Shown here: positions 46,281 to 56,597 of the stretch, piece after piece | Layout of the letters: every line of letters starts with the position of its first letter | How positions within the stretch are numbered: the stretch's first letter is position 1 | NCBI GenBank assembly: GCA_963819815.1 | Contig: CAWFXL010000001.1 | Coordinates: forward strand, 224,001 to 288,000 | Direction of reading: 5' to 3' | Length of the DNA: 64,000 bases | DNA from: an uncultured bacterium | GTDB taxonomy: Bacteria > Babelota > Babeliae > Babelales > Babelaceae | Translations under genes and position numbers: made by a program | Notes under the pieces: model-generated | What the model saw: the letters and a program-made list of their open reading frames with translations, nothing else | Told to the model about the DNA's origin: nothing | Database searches by the model: none

Positions 46281-49199
46281 ATGGCTCAAGATACGCAGGA
46301 TACCGTACGCAAAAGTTTTAAGGATACGCTCAATTTGCCGCAAACTGAGTTTCCTATTCGCGCGCAGCCAAAGGTTGAAGATGCTGAACTTCTGAGCCGC
46401 TGGCTCAAGGAAGATCTCTATCGTAAAACTTTTGAACTCAATGAAGGCAATACGTCCTATATTTTGCACGATGGGCCTCCCTATGCAAACGGCCATATCC
46501 ATCTTGGGCATGCCTATAATAAAGTTTTAAAAGATATTATGACCAAATCCCGCCGGATGATGGGTTATCATGTACCTATTACGCCAGGCTGGGACTGTCA
46601 TGGACTTCCTATCGAACTCAAAGTATTACAAGAGCATCCTGGCCTTAAAGCGCTTGAGCTTATGAAGGCCTGTAGGACCTATGCGCAGCATTGGATCGAT
46701 GTGCAAAAGTCTGAGTTTAGAAATCTCGGGGTCTGTATGGACTGGGAACGGCCGTACATCACTATGAGCCCCTCCTATGAAGCGGCTACAGTACGTGCGT
46801 TAGGAATCCTAGTAGAGCATGGCTTTGTTGAACGAAAAAACAAGACCGTTCCCTGGTGCTTTCATGATGAAACGGTGCTCGCTACTGCTGAAATAGAATA
46901 TAAAGATCGCAAAGATCCTTCAGTATATGTGGCTTTTGATCTTCATGAGAAAGATGCAAAGAAACTGTTTCCTTCAGTACAAGGCCAGGTGAGTGTGATT
47001 GTATGGACCACGACACCATGGACCTTGCCGCTCAACAGGGCAGTGCTTGCAAGGCCACAGGCTATCTATGTATTACTTGACCTTGGTGGCCGCTATGGCC
47101 TGGTGGGTAAACAGGCTGCTGAAGGGCTGTGTAAGCTTCTGGGTATCGAAGAAAAAATTGTCCAAGAAATTCCCGCTCAAACTTTAGAAGGGCTCTTAGT
47201 ACTCCATCCGATTACAAGGAGTGTTGTGCCTCTTATATTAGACGACTCAGTAGGCCTTACTGAAGGGACAGCCTTTGTGCATTGTGCGCCTGGCTGCGGT
47301 CCTTTGGACTATGAGATCGGCGTTAAAAATGCACTGGAGATTTATTCACCGATATCTTCAGATGGCTGCTATACCGACCTTATCCAACCTGAAGAGCTTG
47401 CCGGCATGAAAGTGACTGACGGTCAATGGTGGGTCATCAAAAAATTAACGGAGGATGGGAAGCTTATCTACAAAGGGTCGATCACGCACAGCTACCCGCA
47501 TTGTTGGCGCTGTCATAATGGACTCATATTCAGAGCAACTCCTCAATGGTTCTTTGACCTTGAACGAAAAAACATTAAACAGCAGGTGCTTGATGCAATC
47601 GATAATCTGATAGCATTTATACCACCTCAGGGGCGTCGATTTCTTCGTGCGACCGTTGAGAATCGTTGGGAATGGTGCCTTTCTCGGCAGCGCATGTGGG
47701 GAACGCCAATTCCCGCACTTATCTGCACTTCATGCGACAAAGCCTATCTTGACCAGGAACTTATTTTTAAGGTGGCGAAGGGCATAGAAAAAGAGGGGAT
47801 CGAATATTGGCACAAGGTGCCTTTGAAGGATCTTGTACCCCATATGACCTGTTCAATCTGCGGTAATACTGACTTCAAAAAAGAGTTTGATATCTTAGAT
47901 GTCTGGCTTGATGCGGGCGTGAGCAACTATGCTGTCCTCTGTAATAATCCCCGTCTTGGGTTTCCGGCAGATCTGTATCTTGAAGGAACTGATCAGTATC
48001 GTGGATGGTTCCAAAGTTCACTCATTATGAGTATGGTGATCAACCAAGAGCCCTGTACCAAAGCCTTTATGACGCATGGCTTTACGGTGGATGAAAAGGG
48101 CCATAAGATGTCGAAGTCTCTTGGTAATGTAGTTGCACCTCAAGAAATAATCGATTCCCTAGGTACCGATGGCTTGCGACTGTGGGTTGCCAGTATTGGC
48201 CATGAAAGTGATGCAGTCGTGTCTGATATGCTCATGAAGAACATCCAGGAAGTTAATAGAAAGATTCGCAATACGCTGCGCTTCTTGCTTTCAAATCTCT
48301 ATGACTTTGAACTTGAGCGGGATGCAGTGCCTGTTGACCTTCTTTTGCCGATAGATCATTATGCACTTGCGCGTCTGAATGACCTCAATGCTACGATTAT
48401 TCAGGCGTATAAGGATGGAGACTTTACAAGAGTATTTCATGAGCTGGCTCAGTATACTTCGGTAGAGCTGAGCTCCTACTATTTAGATATCGTAAAGGAC
48501 CGTCTTTACTGCGAAGGAGCAGATACACGCCCGCGCCGTTCGGTTCAGACAGCACTCGCTATCATCCTTGATACCTTGACGCGCCTTATTGCGCCGATTA
48601 TGTCATTTACGGCAGAGCATGTATCTGATTATTATCAGAAGAATAAGAAGGGGTCTATTCATCTGCAGCCTTTTGTTGATCCGCAGAAGTTGCATGACTT
48701 TGTATATGGCAAAAATGAGACGATGGGCTTTAGTGATGTGTGGGTAGGCTCCTTAGTAAACCTCATTCCAAAAGTTACTGAAGGCCAACGTGAACTTGGG
48801 TTCTTTACCCAATGGACAACGTTGAAAGATATCCGGAATGTTCTTTTGAAGGCTCTTGAAATTGAGCGGGAAAAGGGCATTATTAAGCATTCATTAGAAG
48901 CAGCGATGACGGTATATATTGATACCAAGAAACCGGAGTTTGAAAACCTTCCAGAGCTCTTTAAAGCTTTAGAGGCTCGTGGTACCACTCAAGAAGAGTT
49001 CTTCGCAGAGTTCCTCATCGTATCTCAGTTCCATTGCGCACAGACCAAAGAAGGTCTTGATGCTACGACTGATGATGGAATTTATGTTAAAGTAACTCCT
49101 GCAAAAGGCGATAAGTGCCCCCGCTGCTGGAAGTATGATGAGACGCGCAATATTGACAAGCTATGCCATCGCTGCGAAGAGGTTCTTGCCAACAATTAA
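46281..49199 (+). CDS. ileS: Isoleucine-tRNA ligase (type 1)
   Basis: HDGPPYANG.IHLGH, GWDCHGLPIE, WTTTPWT, SRQR.WG, KMSKS, C-terminal CPRCW...CHRC. Confidence 0.98.
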   Translation: MAQDTQDTVRKSFKDTLNLPQTEFPIRAQPKVEDAELLSRWLKEDLYRKTFELNEGNTSYILHDGPPYANGHIHLGHAYNKVLKDIMTKSRRMMGYHVPITPGWDCHGLPIELKVLQEHPGLKALELMKACRTYAQHWIDVQKSEFRNLGVCMDWERPYITMSPSYEAATVRALGILVEHGFVERKNKTVPWCFHDETVLATAEIEYKDRKDPSVYVAFDLHEKDAKKLFPSVQGQVSVIVWTTTPWTLPLNRAVLARPQAIYVLLDLGGRYGLVGKQAAEGLCKLLGIEEKIVQEIPAQTLEGLLVLHPITRSVVPLILDDSVGLTEGTAFVHCAPGCGPLDYEIGVKNALEIYSPISSDGCYTDLIQPEELAGMKVTDGQWWVIKKLTEDGKLIYKGSITHSYPHCWRCHNGLIFRATPQWFFDLERKNIKQQVLDAIDNLIAFIPPQGRRFLRATVENRWEWCLSRQRMWGTPIPALICTSCDKAYLDQELIFKVAKGIEKEGIEYWHKVPLKDLVPHMTCSICGNTDFKKEFDILDVWLDAGVSNYAVLCNNPRLGFPADLYLEGTDQYRGWFQSSLIMSMVINQEPCTKAFMTHGFTVDEKGHKMSKSLGNVVAPQEIIDSLGTDGLRLWVASIGHESDAVVSDMLMKNIQEVNRKIRNTLRFLLSNLYDFELERDAVPVDLLLPIDHYALARLNDLNATIIQAYKDGDFTRVFHELAQYTSVELSSYYLDIVKDRLYCEGADTRPRRSVQTALAIILDTLTRLIAPIMSFTAEHVSDYYQKNKKGSIHLQPFVDPQKLHDFVYGKNETMGFSDVWVGSLVNLIPKVTEGQRELGFFTQWTTLKDIRNVLLKALEIEREKGIIKHSLEAAMTVYIDTKKPEFENLPELFKALEARGTTQEEFFAEFLIVSQFHCAQTKEGLDATTDDGIYVKVTPAKGDKCPRCWKYDETRNIDKLCHRCEEVLANN

Positions 49200-49606
49200 C
49201 TCAATACTTCAATATAGGGGCGGATGAACGGTCGTTCTTCTGCGTGCTTTTCAAGGAGCTCTTTGCCAATGGGAGACTCAAGAAGGAGGGTGATGGCTCT
49301 TTTCTGTGCCTCTGCATAGATACGAGAACGATATGAACCGTCTCGATAGGCATACCGAGAAAACAGTTTTGATAGGATGCCTTCAAGTAAGTCGTTTTCG
49401 TCATCATCTGGCTGCTCTTTGGACAAAATATCTTGTAGTACCTGAAGATACAGTTCTAGTCCTTCAAGAGATTCATGAGGACCGTATCCTTCAAGGGCAT
49501 CTATCTGCTCAAGAGTATGATCAAGCTGTTTAAGGACCATCTTTGGCTCAGAGTGTGCGTGGAAAGAGATACTTGCACATACTAAGAGAAGTAATACAAT
49601 AGGCAT
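49196..49606 (-). CDS. Small exported hypothetical protein
   Basis: AAGGAG RBS, MPIVLLLLVCASISFHAHS leader. Confidence 0.65.
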   Translation of the reverse strand: MPIVLLLLVCASISFHAHSEPKMVLKQLDHTLEQIDALEGYGPHESLEGLELYLQVLQDILSKEQPDDDENDLLEGILSKLFSRYAYRDGSYRSRIYAEAQKRAITLLLESPIGKELLEKHAEERPFIRPYIEVLS

Positions 49607-49717
49607 ATACCTACTCCTTTGTGTGAGACGTCTTATAGAAAGCGTACAGTACATGGTTAGAAGACGCAACTGGCCCGGAATTTTCCGGACCAGTTAGTTG
49701 TTTATGATAAGAAACTC

Positions 49718-51847
49718 TTATTCTGTGCTTGTATCGTTGATATAGGTGCGAATAGCCTTAATGTTACCGCGTATTTTACCAAGGTCAATGTTATCCTCAG
49801 CTACGTCACGAGCAGGTGGCTTTTCCTTGCTCCAAACATCAATGTCTGGAATATCAAGTCCATGCTGTGTTCTTTTCGCTTGAGGGATTTTTCCCTTAAT
49901 AGATGCGTTATTTCGTTCTGTAGCGTCAAGAATCTTCACGACCTTGTTAAACCAATCTTCTACAAGGTCCTTATATTTCGCCACATTATCCTTCCAATAT
50001 TGAGCAGGTGCTCCTGAAAGCTTTTTACCTTTACCCGGCGCAGTTTTCTTCAATGCCGCTATGATGGCCGGGAGATTCATTTCAGCAAAGTAGAGATGTA
50101 GATGCATTGCAGCTTCTTGATTTTTAACATCTCCATTCAGGAGCTCGTTGTTTAAACGGGTCATAATGTCCTGTAAATCTACTTTAGCTGTCATAGGTTC
50201 TGCATCTGGAGTTCGAGGAGGATAGGTAACCTCGACGTCTTTCTGTTTTTTTGCAGTCTCAAAGAGTTTGCCGAGGCTTCCTATTTCGGCGAGTTTTGCA
50301 ACATCTTCTTTGCTTGGCTCTCCGCTTTTTTTGCCATCTTTTTTCTTATCGTCTTCCTTCTTCTTCTCTTCTTCTTTTTTCTTGTCCTCATCTTTTTTCT
50401 TATCGTCTTTTTTACCTTTGTCCGATTGCTCTGCTGCTGTGGCACCTTTTTCAGGTTTCTCTTTTCTCTCACCCTTAGGCTTAGGAGTACCTTCACCACG
50501 GGTTGGTTTCATTGGAGCAGGTGGTCTTTGCTGAGCCATTTTCTTGTAGAACGGATCAAACTGACCTCCGGTAGGTCTTTGAGAAGGGCGAGCCTGAGGA
50601 ACCGTTATACGCTTTTTAGAGCGTTCATAAACTTTTTTCTCAAGTTCTACTTGAGCTTTCATCTGGGCAAGCTCTTGGGGTTTATTCTTTTCGAGCAATT
50701 GATGAATCTGCGTAAGAAGCTGATCTTTCGTAAATGAAGCTGTCATTCCCGCAAAAAGGCTGTCAAAAGCACGACCAGAAGCGGCTTCTTTTCGAGCTTC
50801 TTTGGCCATCTTTGTACGAAGATAGTCATCAACAGAAGCTCTATTTTTTGTCAGCGAATCGTAAGCACCTTGAATAAGATCAAAGGTACGACGAGCCGCT
50901 TTTATCATTTTCTTACATATTTTTTCATCGCAACCTTCTTTCCTGAGCTGTTTTTCGACAACTTCAGGACTTCTTTGGGCTGCAAGTTCTGTATAGCGTG
51001 CTTTGATTTCTGCATCCGTTGCAGTATAAGGAAGCTCAAGTACTTCATATGGATCATCATAATTGATGACATCAGAACGTTTTCTTGCACTAATTGATGG
51101 CTCATAGGTCTTCAGTGTGTTATGCAGCTTTTCAAGCGTACTATGCAGATTCACCGATTCTTTGCTTCCTAAGAGTTTAACAAGATCGGGTGAACGCAGC
51201 ACATTAAGATAGAAGCTGAGCTGTGCAATCTCATTCTCAATTGAATCGAGCTTTTCAATCATAGATGGCATCGTAATTGCCTTTTGGCGCAAAGATGCAA
51301 GATGGTGACTTAATTCATTAATCATCGTTAAGGTGTCTGCCGGACTCGATACCGCAAAAACTTCAGGTTTTTCAGCCTTGGTTGGAGCTGGTCGCTCAGG
51401 TTGAGGACGAGCGGGTAGCGGTTTTTCCTTGACCTCTTTTTTCTCTGACGGCTTTTGACCATTAGGAGGTTGCTGCTCCATAAGGCCTTCAGTTTCCATG
51501 AACTTCATCACGTCATCGAGGTTATTAGGATCGAGATCCTGTTGACGCATACGCTCTTCAGTAGCTTTTCCTATTTCTTCAAGTTCCTGTTTTTGCGCAG
51601 GAGTAAGATTATTTAAAGCATCAAAGAACTGACGAAGCTCTTCAGCCTCTTTAGGATCGAGGTTGAGCGCTTTCAGTTCTTCATCACTTATCTGGAAATT
51701 TGGTGCATCTGGTGCTTTTATAGGTTCTGCAAGTTGTCCTTTTTGCATAGGTGCTTCAGGTTGTGGTCCTTTTTGCGCTGACCAGAGGTTTCCTGATCCT
51801 AGAAGGCCGATACATACGCTAAGTAAATAAATAAACTTTTTCATCAT
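49718..51847 (-). CDS. Large exported coiled-coil protein with J-domain-like segment
   Basis: Signal peptide; DPYEVLEL...AT..EIK.RY..LA...SPE...F..IQ.AY..L; Lys/Asp low-complexity block. Confidence 0.75.
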   Translation of the reverse strand: MMKKFIYLLSVCIGLLGSGNLWSAQKGPQPEAPMQKGQLAEPIKAPDAPNFQISDEELKALNLDPKEAEELRQFFDALNNLTPAQKQELEEIGKATEERMRQQDLDPNNLDDVMKFMETEGLMEQQPPNGQKPSEKKEVKEKPLPARPQPERPAPTKAEKPEVFAVSSPADTLTMINELSHHLASLRQKAITMPSMIEKLDSIENEIAQLSFYLNVLRSPDLVKLLGSKESVNLHSTLEKLHNTLKTYEPSISARKRSDVINYDDPYEVLELPYTATDAEIKARYTELAAQRSPEVVEKQLRKEGCDEKICKKMIKAARRTFDLIQGAYDSLTKNRASVDDYLRTKMAKEARKEAASGRAFDSLFAGMTASFTKDQLLTQIHQLLEKNKPQELAQMKAQVELEKKVYERSKKRITVPQARPSQRPTGGQFDPFYKKMAQQRPPAPMKPTRGEGTPKPKGERKEKPEKGATAAEQSDKGKKDDKKKDEDKKKEEEKKKEDDKKKDGKKSGEPSKEDVAKLAEIGSLGKLFETAKKQKDVEVTYPPRTPDAEPMTAKVDLQDIMTRLNNELLNGDVKNQEAAMHLHLYFAEMNLPAIIAALKKTAPGKGKKLSGAPAQYWKDNVAKYKDLVEDWFNKVVKILDATERNNASIKGKIPQAKRTQHGLDIPDIDVWSKEKPPARDVAEDNIDLGKIRGNIKAIRTYINDTSTE

Positions 51848-52069
51848 TAACTCCAAGGTAATTACTGAGATGCTCCTCATCTTCAAGTATATACTATCAA
51901 ATGTAGTTCTGTCTTGAGGTGGCATGTCGCTTCATATTGAATTATTTTTTAAAATTATATTTCTATTAAAATTCTACCAGATATGGACTTTAAAGTCAAT
52001 GGCTATCTTGGAGGGCTTAACGAACAGGTGTATACTAGAGGATGGCTCACCCCATAAAGGATTTTCTCC

Positions 52070-52471
52070 ATGACCAAAAGTAGGAGTATGACCGGTGGCG
52101 GTGGTTTTCTTCTCTTAGAAGCATTAGTGGGACTGGCTCTTCTTATGCTGGTAAGCTCTTTATTCTTTGCCTATCAGTCATACACAGTCCATCAGTACCA
52201 TACTATACGGGAACAAATTCAGGCGCTGTATATCGCATGCAGTATTTTAGAACAGTGCAAGCTCAGGCAAGCTCCCGTATATCCCCAGGCTGCATGGCAG
52301 GCTCATATTTTGGAGCAGAAGGATCCGGTGCTTCCATTGGTCTATCTATCAGTGTCCCTTTGTAAAAAATGTTCCCCTAAGAAAGACAAGAGACCATGTA
52401 AGGGGGGGGGGCGCCAGACCGTGCCCACTGAAAAACCACTAGTGACCCTCAAAACGGCTTATATCCTATGA
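52070..52471 (+). CDS. Type IV pilin / pseudopilin-like protein
   Basis: Prepilin cleavage motif G|FLLLEALV with Glu5 and hydrophobic helix. Confidence 0.75.
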   Translation: MTKSRSMTGGGGFLLLEALVGLALLMLVSSLFFAYQSYTVHQYHTIREQIQALYIACSILEQCKLRQAPVYPQAAWQAHILEQKDPVLPLVYLSVSLCKKCSPKKDKRPCKGGGRQTVPTEKPLVTLKTAYIL

Positions 52472-52944
52472 CAGAAGCTCCTGGAACAACCCTCATAGAA
52501 GTGCTCCTTTACCTCATGCTCAGCAGTATGGTACTGGTAGGTACGATGAGCATAGTCATGCATCTGTATAGCTTTATAACAGAGCATATACGACGCGAAG
52601 ATGAGCTTATGCAGCTCGCCAGTGGACTTGCCTGTTTACGGCATGATATTCATGAGTTTTCATCCTTGAAAGAGTATCGGGCACATCGACTTATAGGTAC
52701 TCTTAAGGGCAGAGATTGCATGTGGTGGGTCAAAAAGAAAAGACTCATACGGTCCTATGGTACGTATGATCAGCAGAAAAGAATGTTTTATCCCCACTCA
52801 CATAGTTTGATTGCTGCGTCAGTGAGCTCCCTTTCCTGCACCTATTCTGTGCACAATGGTGTGGTAGTCGGGGTAACCTGCACTCTTTTGAGTCCACACC
52901 ATGAACTGTCCCTCTCTGTAGCCCTGGAAAAGAGCCATGAATAG
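52468..52944 (+). CDS. Type IV pilin / pseudopilin-like protein
   Basis: G|TTLIEVLLYL; ATGA coupling. Confidence 0.75.
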   Translation: MTEAPGTTLIEVLLYLMLSSMVLVGTMSIVMHLYSFITEHIRREDELMQLASGLACLRHDIHEFSSLKEYRAHRLIGTLKGRDCMWWVKKKRLIRSYGTYDQQKRMFYPHSHSLIAASVSSLSCTYSVHNGVVVGVTCTLLSPHHELSLSVALEKSHE

Positions 52945-53230
52945 CTACGTACTACTAACTGCTCTTATGATATGCCTTACCTGGATGACTTCTGTGATGG
53001 AGCATCAGCAGTATCATAGATTAACAGCCTTTGCCTTACGTAAAACTACTGAGGATGAGTATCTGCGTGAAGGTCTTAGGGCATATGGCCTTGCCTACTA
53101 CCAGCGCTACCAGAAGTCTTTATCATTACCTATAACCATTTCAGCACCAGCATGTTTAACGAGGGGCGAAGATATAGGTATTCTCTTGAAAAAGGAATGG
53201 GGGGTAGTACTCATTGAGCTCTCTCTGTGA
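52937..53230 (+). CDS. Minor pilin-like protein (PilX/GspK-like position, no Glu5)
   Basis: S|YVLLTALM hydrophobic N-terminus; third gene of a coupled cluster. Confidence 0.5.
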   Translation: MNSYVLLTALMICLTWMTSVMEHQQYHRLTAFALRKTTEDEYLREGLRAYGLAYYQRYQKSLSLPITISAPACLTRGEDIGILLKKEWGVVLIELSL

Positions 53231-53450
53231 TCTTTTAGAAAGATGTAACCAGTCCTTAGGTGACTTTCGAGGGTACGCCTATAATTTGACACCATGTGAT
53301 CATCAAGGGTTTGATTGATTGCGGCTGAATTAATAACTTTTCTCGTTTTATAATTTTCAAATTGAAATTGACTTTCGGTGAGTTTTGCACTACCTTAAAT
53401 GTGCTACAACGTCACAAGAAAGAATAATATAACTCGCTATGAGGTTTGTC

Positions 53451-55694
53451 ATGATAAGAGTATTTATTAGTGGTCTGTGTGCGCTCAGTTTAGTAAGCAC
53501 CACGCTCGCAATGAACCTGCAAAAAGATTTGGATCAAAAGGTTGATTTATCATCGAGCGTGATTGATCTTCTTGCACCTAAGAAGGGCGACTATGGTCTG
53601 CTTGAACCAAATGAAGTGCATCGGAGCATACAAGCGCATAGGTTGCTTTTGGAAGCTGGTTTATGCTCAAAAGACTCTGTTACCTGGTACGCCATTGCAG
53701 ATGAATACCGCCAGCTTTATGACAATCATGAAGCACTTTCTTTTGCGCAAAATATATGTACCTTATTGGCTGAACAGGAAGGCCTTCCCCATGATATACG
53801 GGCATTGAGTGCATTAAGGCTTTCAAAAATGATGCATAAAAATGGCCTATCAGAAGAAGCTTTCAGATGGGCCGCGCGTGCAGAGGAATTGGGCCGAACA
53901 GTTTCATCATATGGTCAAATACTCTGCTTTCTTGGAGATCTTTGTTGTTATAGTGGCGATCAAATTCAGCAAGGATGGGAGTGGTATCTCAAGGCACGAA
54001 AGTGGGCCACTGATAGTAATAATAAAAGGATCCTTGCGCAAGCCCTTATTGGTCTTGGTAATGCGCACTATCCAATCGATCATCCGATCGAGCCCTCGTG
54101 TCTTTCACATTTGAAAGATCTTACATTACTTGGTGACGGATGCAGAAATCATGATGACCTTCTGAGATGTTATCGGTATGCAGAAGATCTCAAAGCGCGT
54201 GGTCATGGAGATACTGGATGGGATGATTATCGGCGCTATCGAAACGATTTAGAAATGGACCTTAAGAAACATGATGAAGTGCTTGTTTGGTACTGGTATG
54301 CAGAAGCTCTTAAAACTCTTGGTCATGGTGATAGCGGCGGTGATATATATCGGAAGTATCAACATGAGAAAGATGAGGCTTTGCGTCAAATGGCCGATGA
54401 AATGTTACGTGGTTCCCAACTATGTATAAGACTTGGTGAGAAAGATGAGGCTTTGCGCCGAATAGCCGATGGAATCTTGCGTGGTTCCCGTAATGAAATA
54501 GATGGTCAACTACATATAAGACAGGAGCAGCTCCGTGCGAGATATTCTGAAGATGACAGGCATGTTTATTATATGCTAGATAAAAACGAGAATAGTGATC
54601 TCCAAGCAGAAGCTCTTATCGGATGGGGTATTGCAAGAAATCCACTCGGTTATAATTGTTGCTGGTACTTTGAAAAGGCTCTCAGCATTTTGGGTACCAC
54701 AGGCAATAGAGAGCTACGCGCCCGAGCTCTTATAGGTCTTGCGGTAATGCCATCAACGTCTGCATCAAAAAGGATGAGCTGGTATGTCGAAGCATTCAAT
54801 GTATTAGGTATACATGGAGACAGAAACTTACGAGCTCAACTCTGTATTGCTCTTGGCAAGACCGGATATACCGATAATCTACATTCCTCAAAGATTGCAT
54901 GGTATCTTGAAGCATATACTCTTCTTGCTGCGTATGGTAATAAAAACCTTCGAGCCGAGGCGCGTATTCTCCTTGGAAATGAAGGGCATGCAGATGCCAC
55001 TCATATAACTAAGGTCGACTGGTACCGAGAAGCCGCTGGCCTACTTGGCAAGGATGGTGATGCAGAATTACAAGCGGAAGCTTTTGTTGGTCTTGGCGAT
55101 TCTCGCTATACCGATGCTACTCATCAAGACGCTGCTCAGTGGTATCTAGATGCTCTCTCTGTTAAAACTGGTGATAGCGATAACGAAAAAATTCTGAAAG
55201 CGCGAGCATGTCTTGGGCTTGGCAGAGCACACTACACCGATAGTCATGTTAAGTTGGTTGGCAATGCTTGCTGGTATCTTCGTGCACTTCACTATCTTGA
55301 AAGTATACCTAACGTCGCGTTATTGCTCGCAGAGGCCTTTATTGGTGTTGGTGATACTGGGTATACTGATTATAAAGCTTCATATTATTTCGACCCCATA
55401 CATAGAACTGTGGACTATTGGTATCTCCGTGCGCTTGATTTCAATTCTAGAAATGGCGATAGCACTCTACAAGCTCGAGCTCTTTTCGGACTTGGTAACT
55501 ATTATTGCTCTCAAAAAAATAATTCGCGAGGATTGGACTGTCTTCAGAAAGCATTAGCGGGTGCTCCAGAGGATATGAAAATGAGTATCCATGAAAAAAT
55601 AAAAGCTGTTCAGGATCTCATGAGAGCATCACATGAAGAAACCAGTAAGGCTACACGCAGTTTTGACAGGGAAGTACTCACGTATGAGGAATAA
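53451..55694 (+). CDS. Exported helical-repeat (TPR/Sel1-like) protein
   Basis: Signal peptide; ~41-aa repeats L.A.ALIGLG...Y.D..H.....WY..AL..LG. Confidence 0.85.
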   Translation: MIRVFISGLCALSLVSTTLAMNLQKDLDQKVDLSSSVIDLLAPKKGDYGLLEPNEVHRSIQAHRLLLEAGLCSKDSVTWYAIADEYRQLYDNHEALSFAQNICTLLAEQEGLPHDIRALSALRLSKMMHKNGLSEEAFRWAARAEELGRTVSSYGQILCFLGDLCCYSGDQIQQGWEWYLKARKWATDSNNKRILAQALIGLGNAHYPIDHPIEPSCLSHLKDLTLLGDGCRNHDDLLRCYRYAEDLKARGHGDTGWDDYRRYRNDLEMDLKKHDEVLVWYWYAEALKTLGHGDSGGDIYRKYQHEKDEALRQMADEMLRGSQLCIRLGEKDEALRRIADGILRGSRNEIDGQLHIRQEQLRARYSEDDRHVYYMLDKNENSDLQAEALIGWGIARNPLGYNCCWYFEKALSILGTTGNRELRARALIGLAVMPSTSASKRMSWYVEAFNVLGIHGDRNLRAQLCIALGKTGYTDNLHSSKIAWYLEAYTLLAAYGNKNLRAEARILLGNEGHADATHITKVDWYREAAGLLGKDGDAELQAEAFVGLGDSRYTDATHQDAAQWYLDALSVKTGDSDNEKILKARACLGLGRAHYTDSHVKLVGNACWYLRALHYLESIPNVALLLAEAFIGVGDTGYTDYKASYYFDPIHRTVDYWYLRALDFNSRNGDSTLQARALFGLGNYYCSQKNNSRGLDCLQKALAGAPEDMKMSIHEKIKAVQDLMRASHEETSKATRSFDREVLTYEE

Positions 55695-55719
55695 TGATAG
55701 GTAATGCACTATACAGGTG

Positions 55720-55757
55720 GTAGGTTTGGAATGCCCAGCAGAGCGCTCCAAACCTAC
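55720..55757. terminator. Hairpin between convergent genes
   Basis: GTAGGTTTGGA...TCCAAACCTAC 11-bp stem. Confidence 0.6.
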
Positions 55758-55775
55758 TCAATTCAACTATGCAGC

Positions 55776-56316
55776 TTATAGACAGTTTTGAAGGTATAAC
55801 GTTTGCACCGTAAATGTACCACTACTCGTCATATTTCCTGGTATGAAATTTGGGCTATTATAATCAACAAATTTCCCAACTCCCATGAGTGTGGCACTGC
55901 ATTGCGGGCCAAAGCAAATTGTTCCGGTAAGTACTTCGAATTTAAGTGTTGAGGCTCCCAGACTGCCAATAACGCAGAAGCTGAGGCAATCCTGACTTGC
56001 GGATCTCCAAGTTCCGAAGTAGGCGTACTTGCCAACATTCACAAATACCGTTCCATCTTCTTCAAATTGAAGTATAAATTCATATTGAGTGGTGTCAGTG
56101 CTACGAACAAATGCCCCAGTGTAAACTTTCCCAAAACATTCATCATCGCATCTACTGCATCTATAGTGCGCCTGAATCATCGCATCTACTATTGCAGCCT
56201 GAATCATCGCATCTACTGCAGCTTGTATAATCGTATTTACGTGAGCAATCTGTACTGGTAGGTAATGCTCCTAAAAGAAGAGCCAGAGTTACTAATTTAG
56301 TAAATGTATTCATCAT
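55776..56316 (-). pseudogene. Exported protein with Cys-rich SRCDD repeats, frameshifted near 56170
   Basis: AAGGA RBS; MMNTFTKLVTLALLLGALPTSTDC leader in one frame; continuation YRCSRCDDECFG... in another. Confidence 0.65.
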
Positions 56317-56539
56317 GAATTCCTTTTTTTAGCGAAATGCCTTATGGTAATGGCATTCGCACATTTGTGTTTAATAAATAATAATCATTTTTATAGGAAA
56401 AAGTGAGCGTATGAGTGCGTAACCTCCCCGTTTGTAGGTGAATAGTCTATTCTGCAGTAGCAAGCATACTAACAAGCATTTTCTAATTTCAAGAGTTTTA
56501 GGTGAATATGTCATACACCTATCTCACGCAGACAGAAAA

Positions 56540-56580
56540 GAGACTCATCAAAGCACCATTCAGGAGCTTTAATGAGTCTC
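56540..56580 (-). terminator. Terminator after nrdB
   Basis: GAGACTCAT...ATGAGTCTC stem with T run on the minus strand. Confidence 0.65.
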
Positions 56581-56597
56581 AATACTAGATTGACAGA

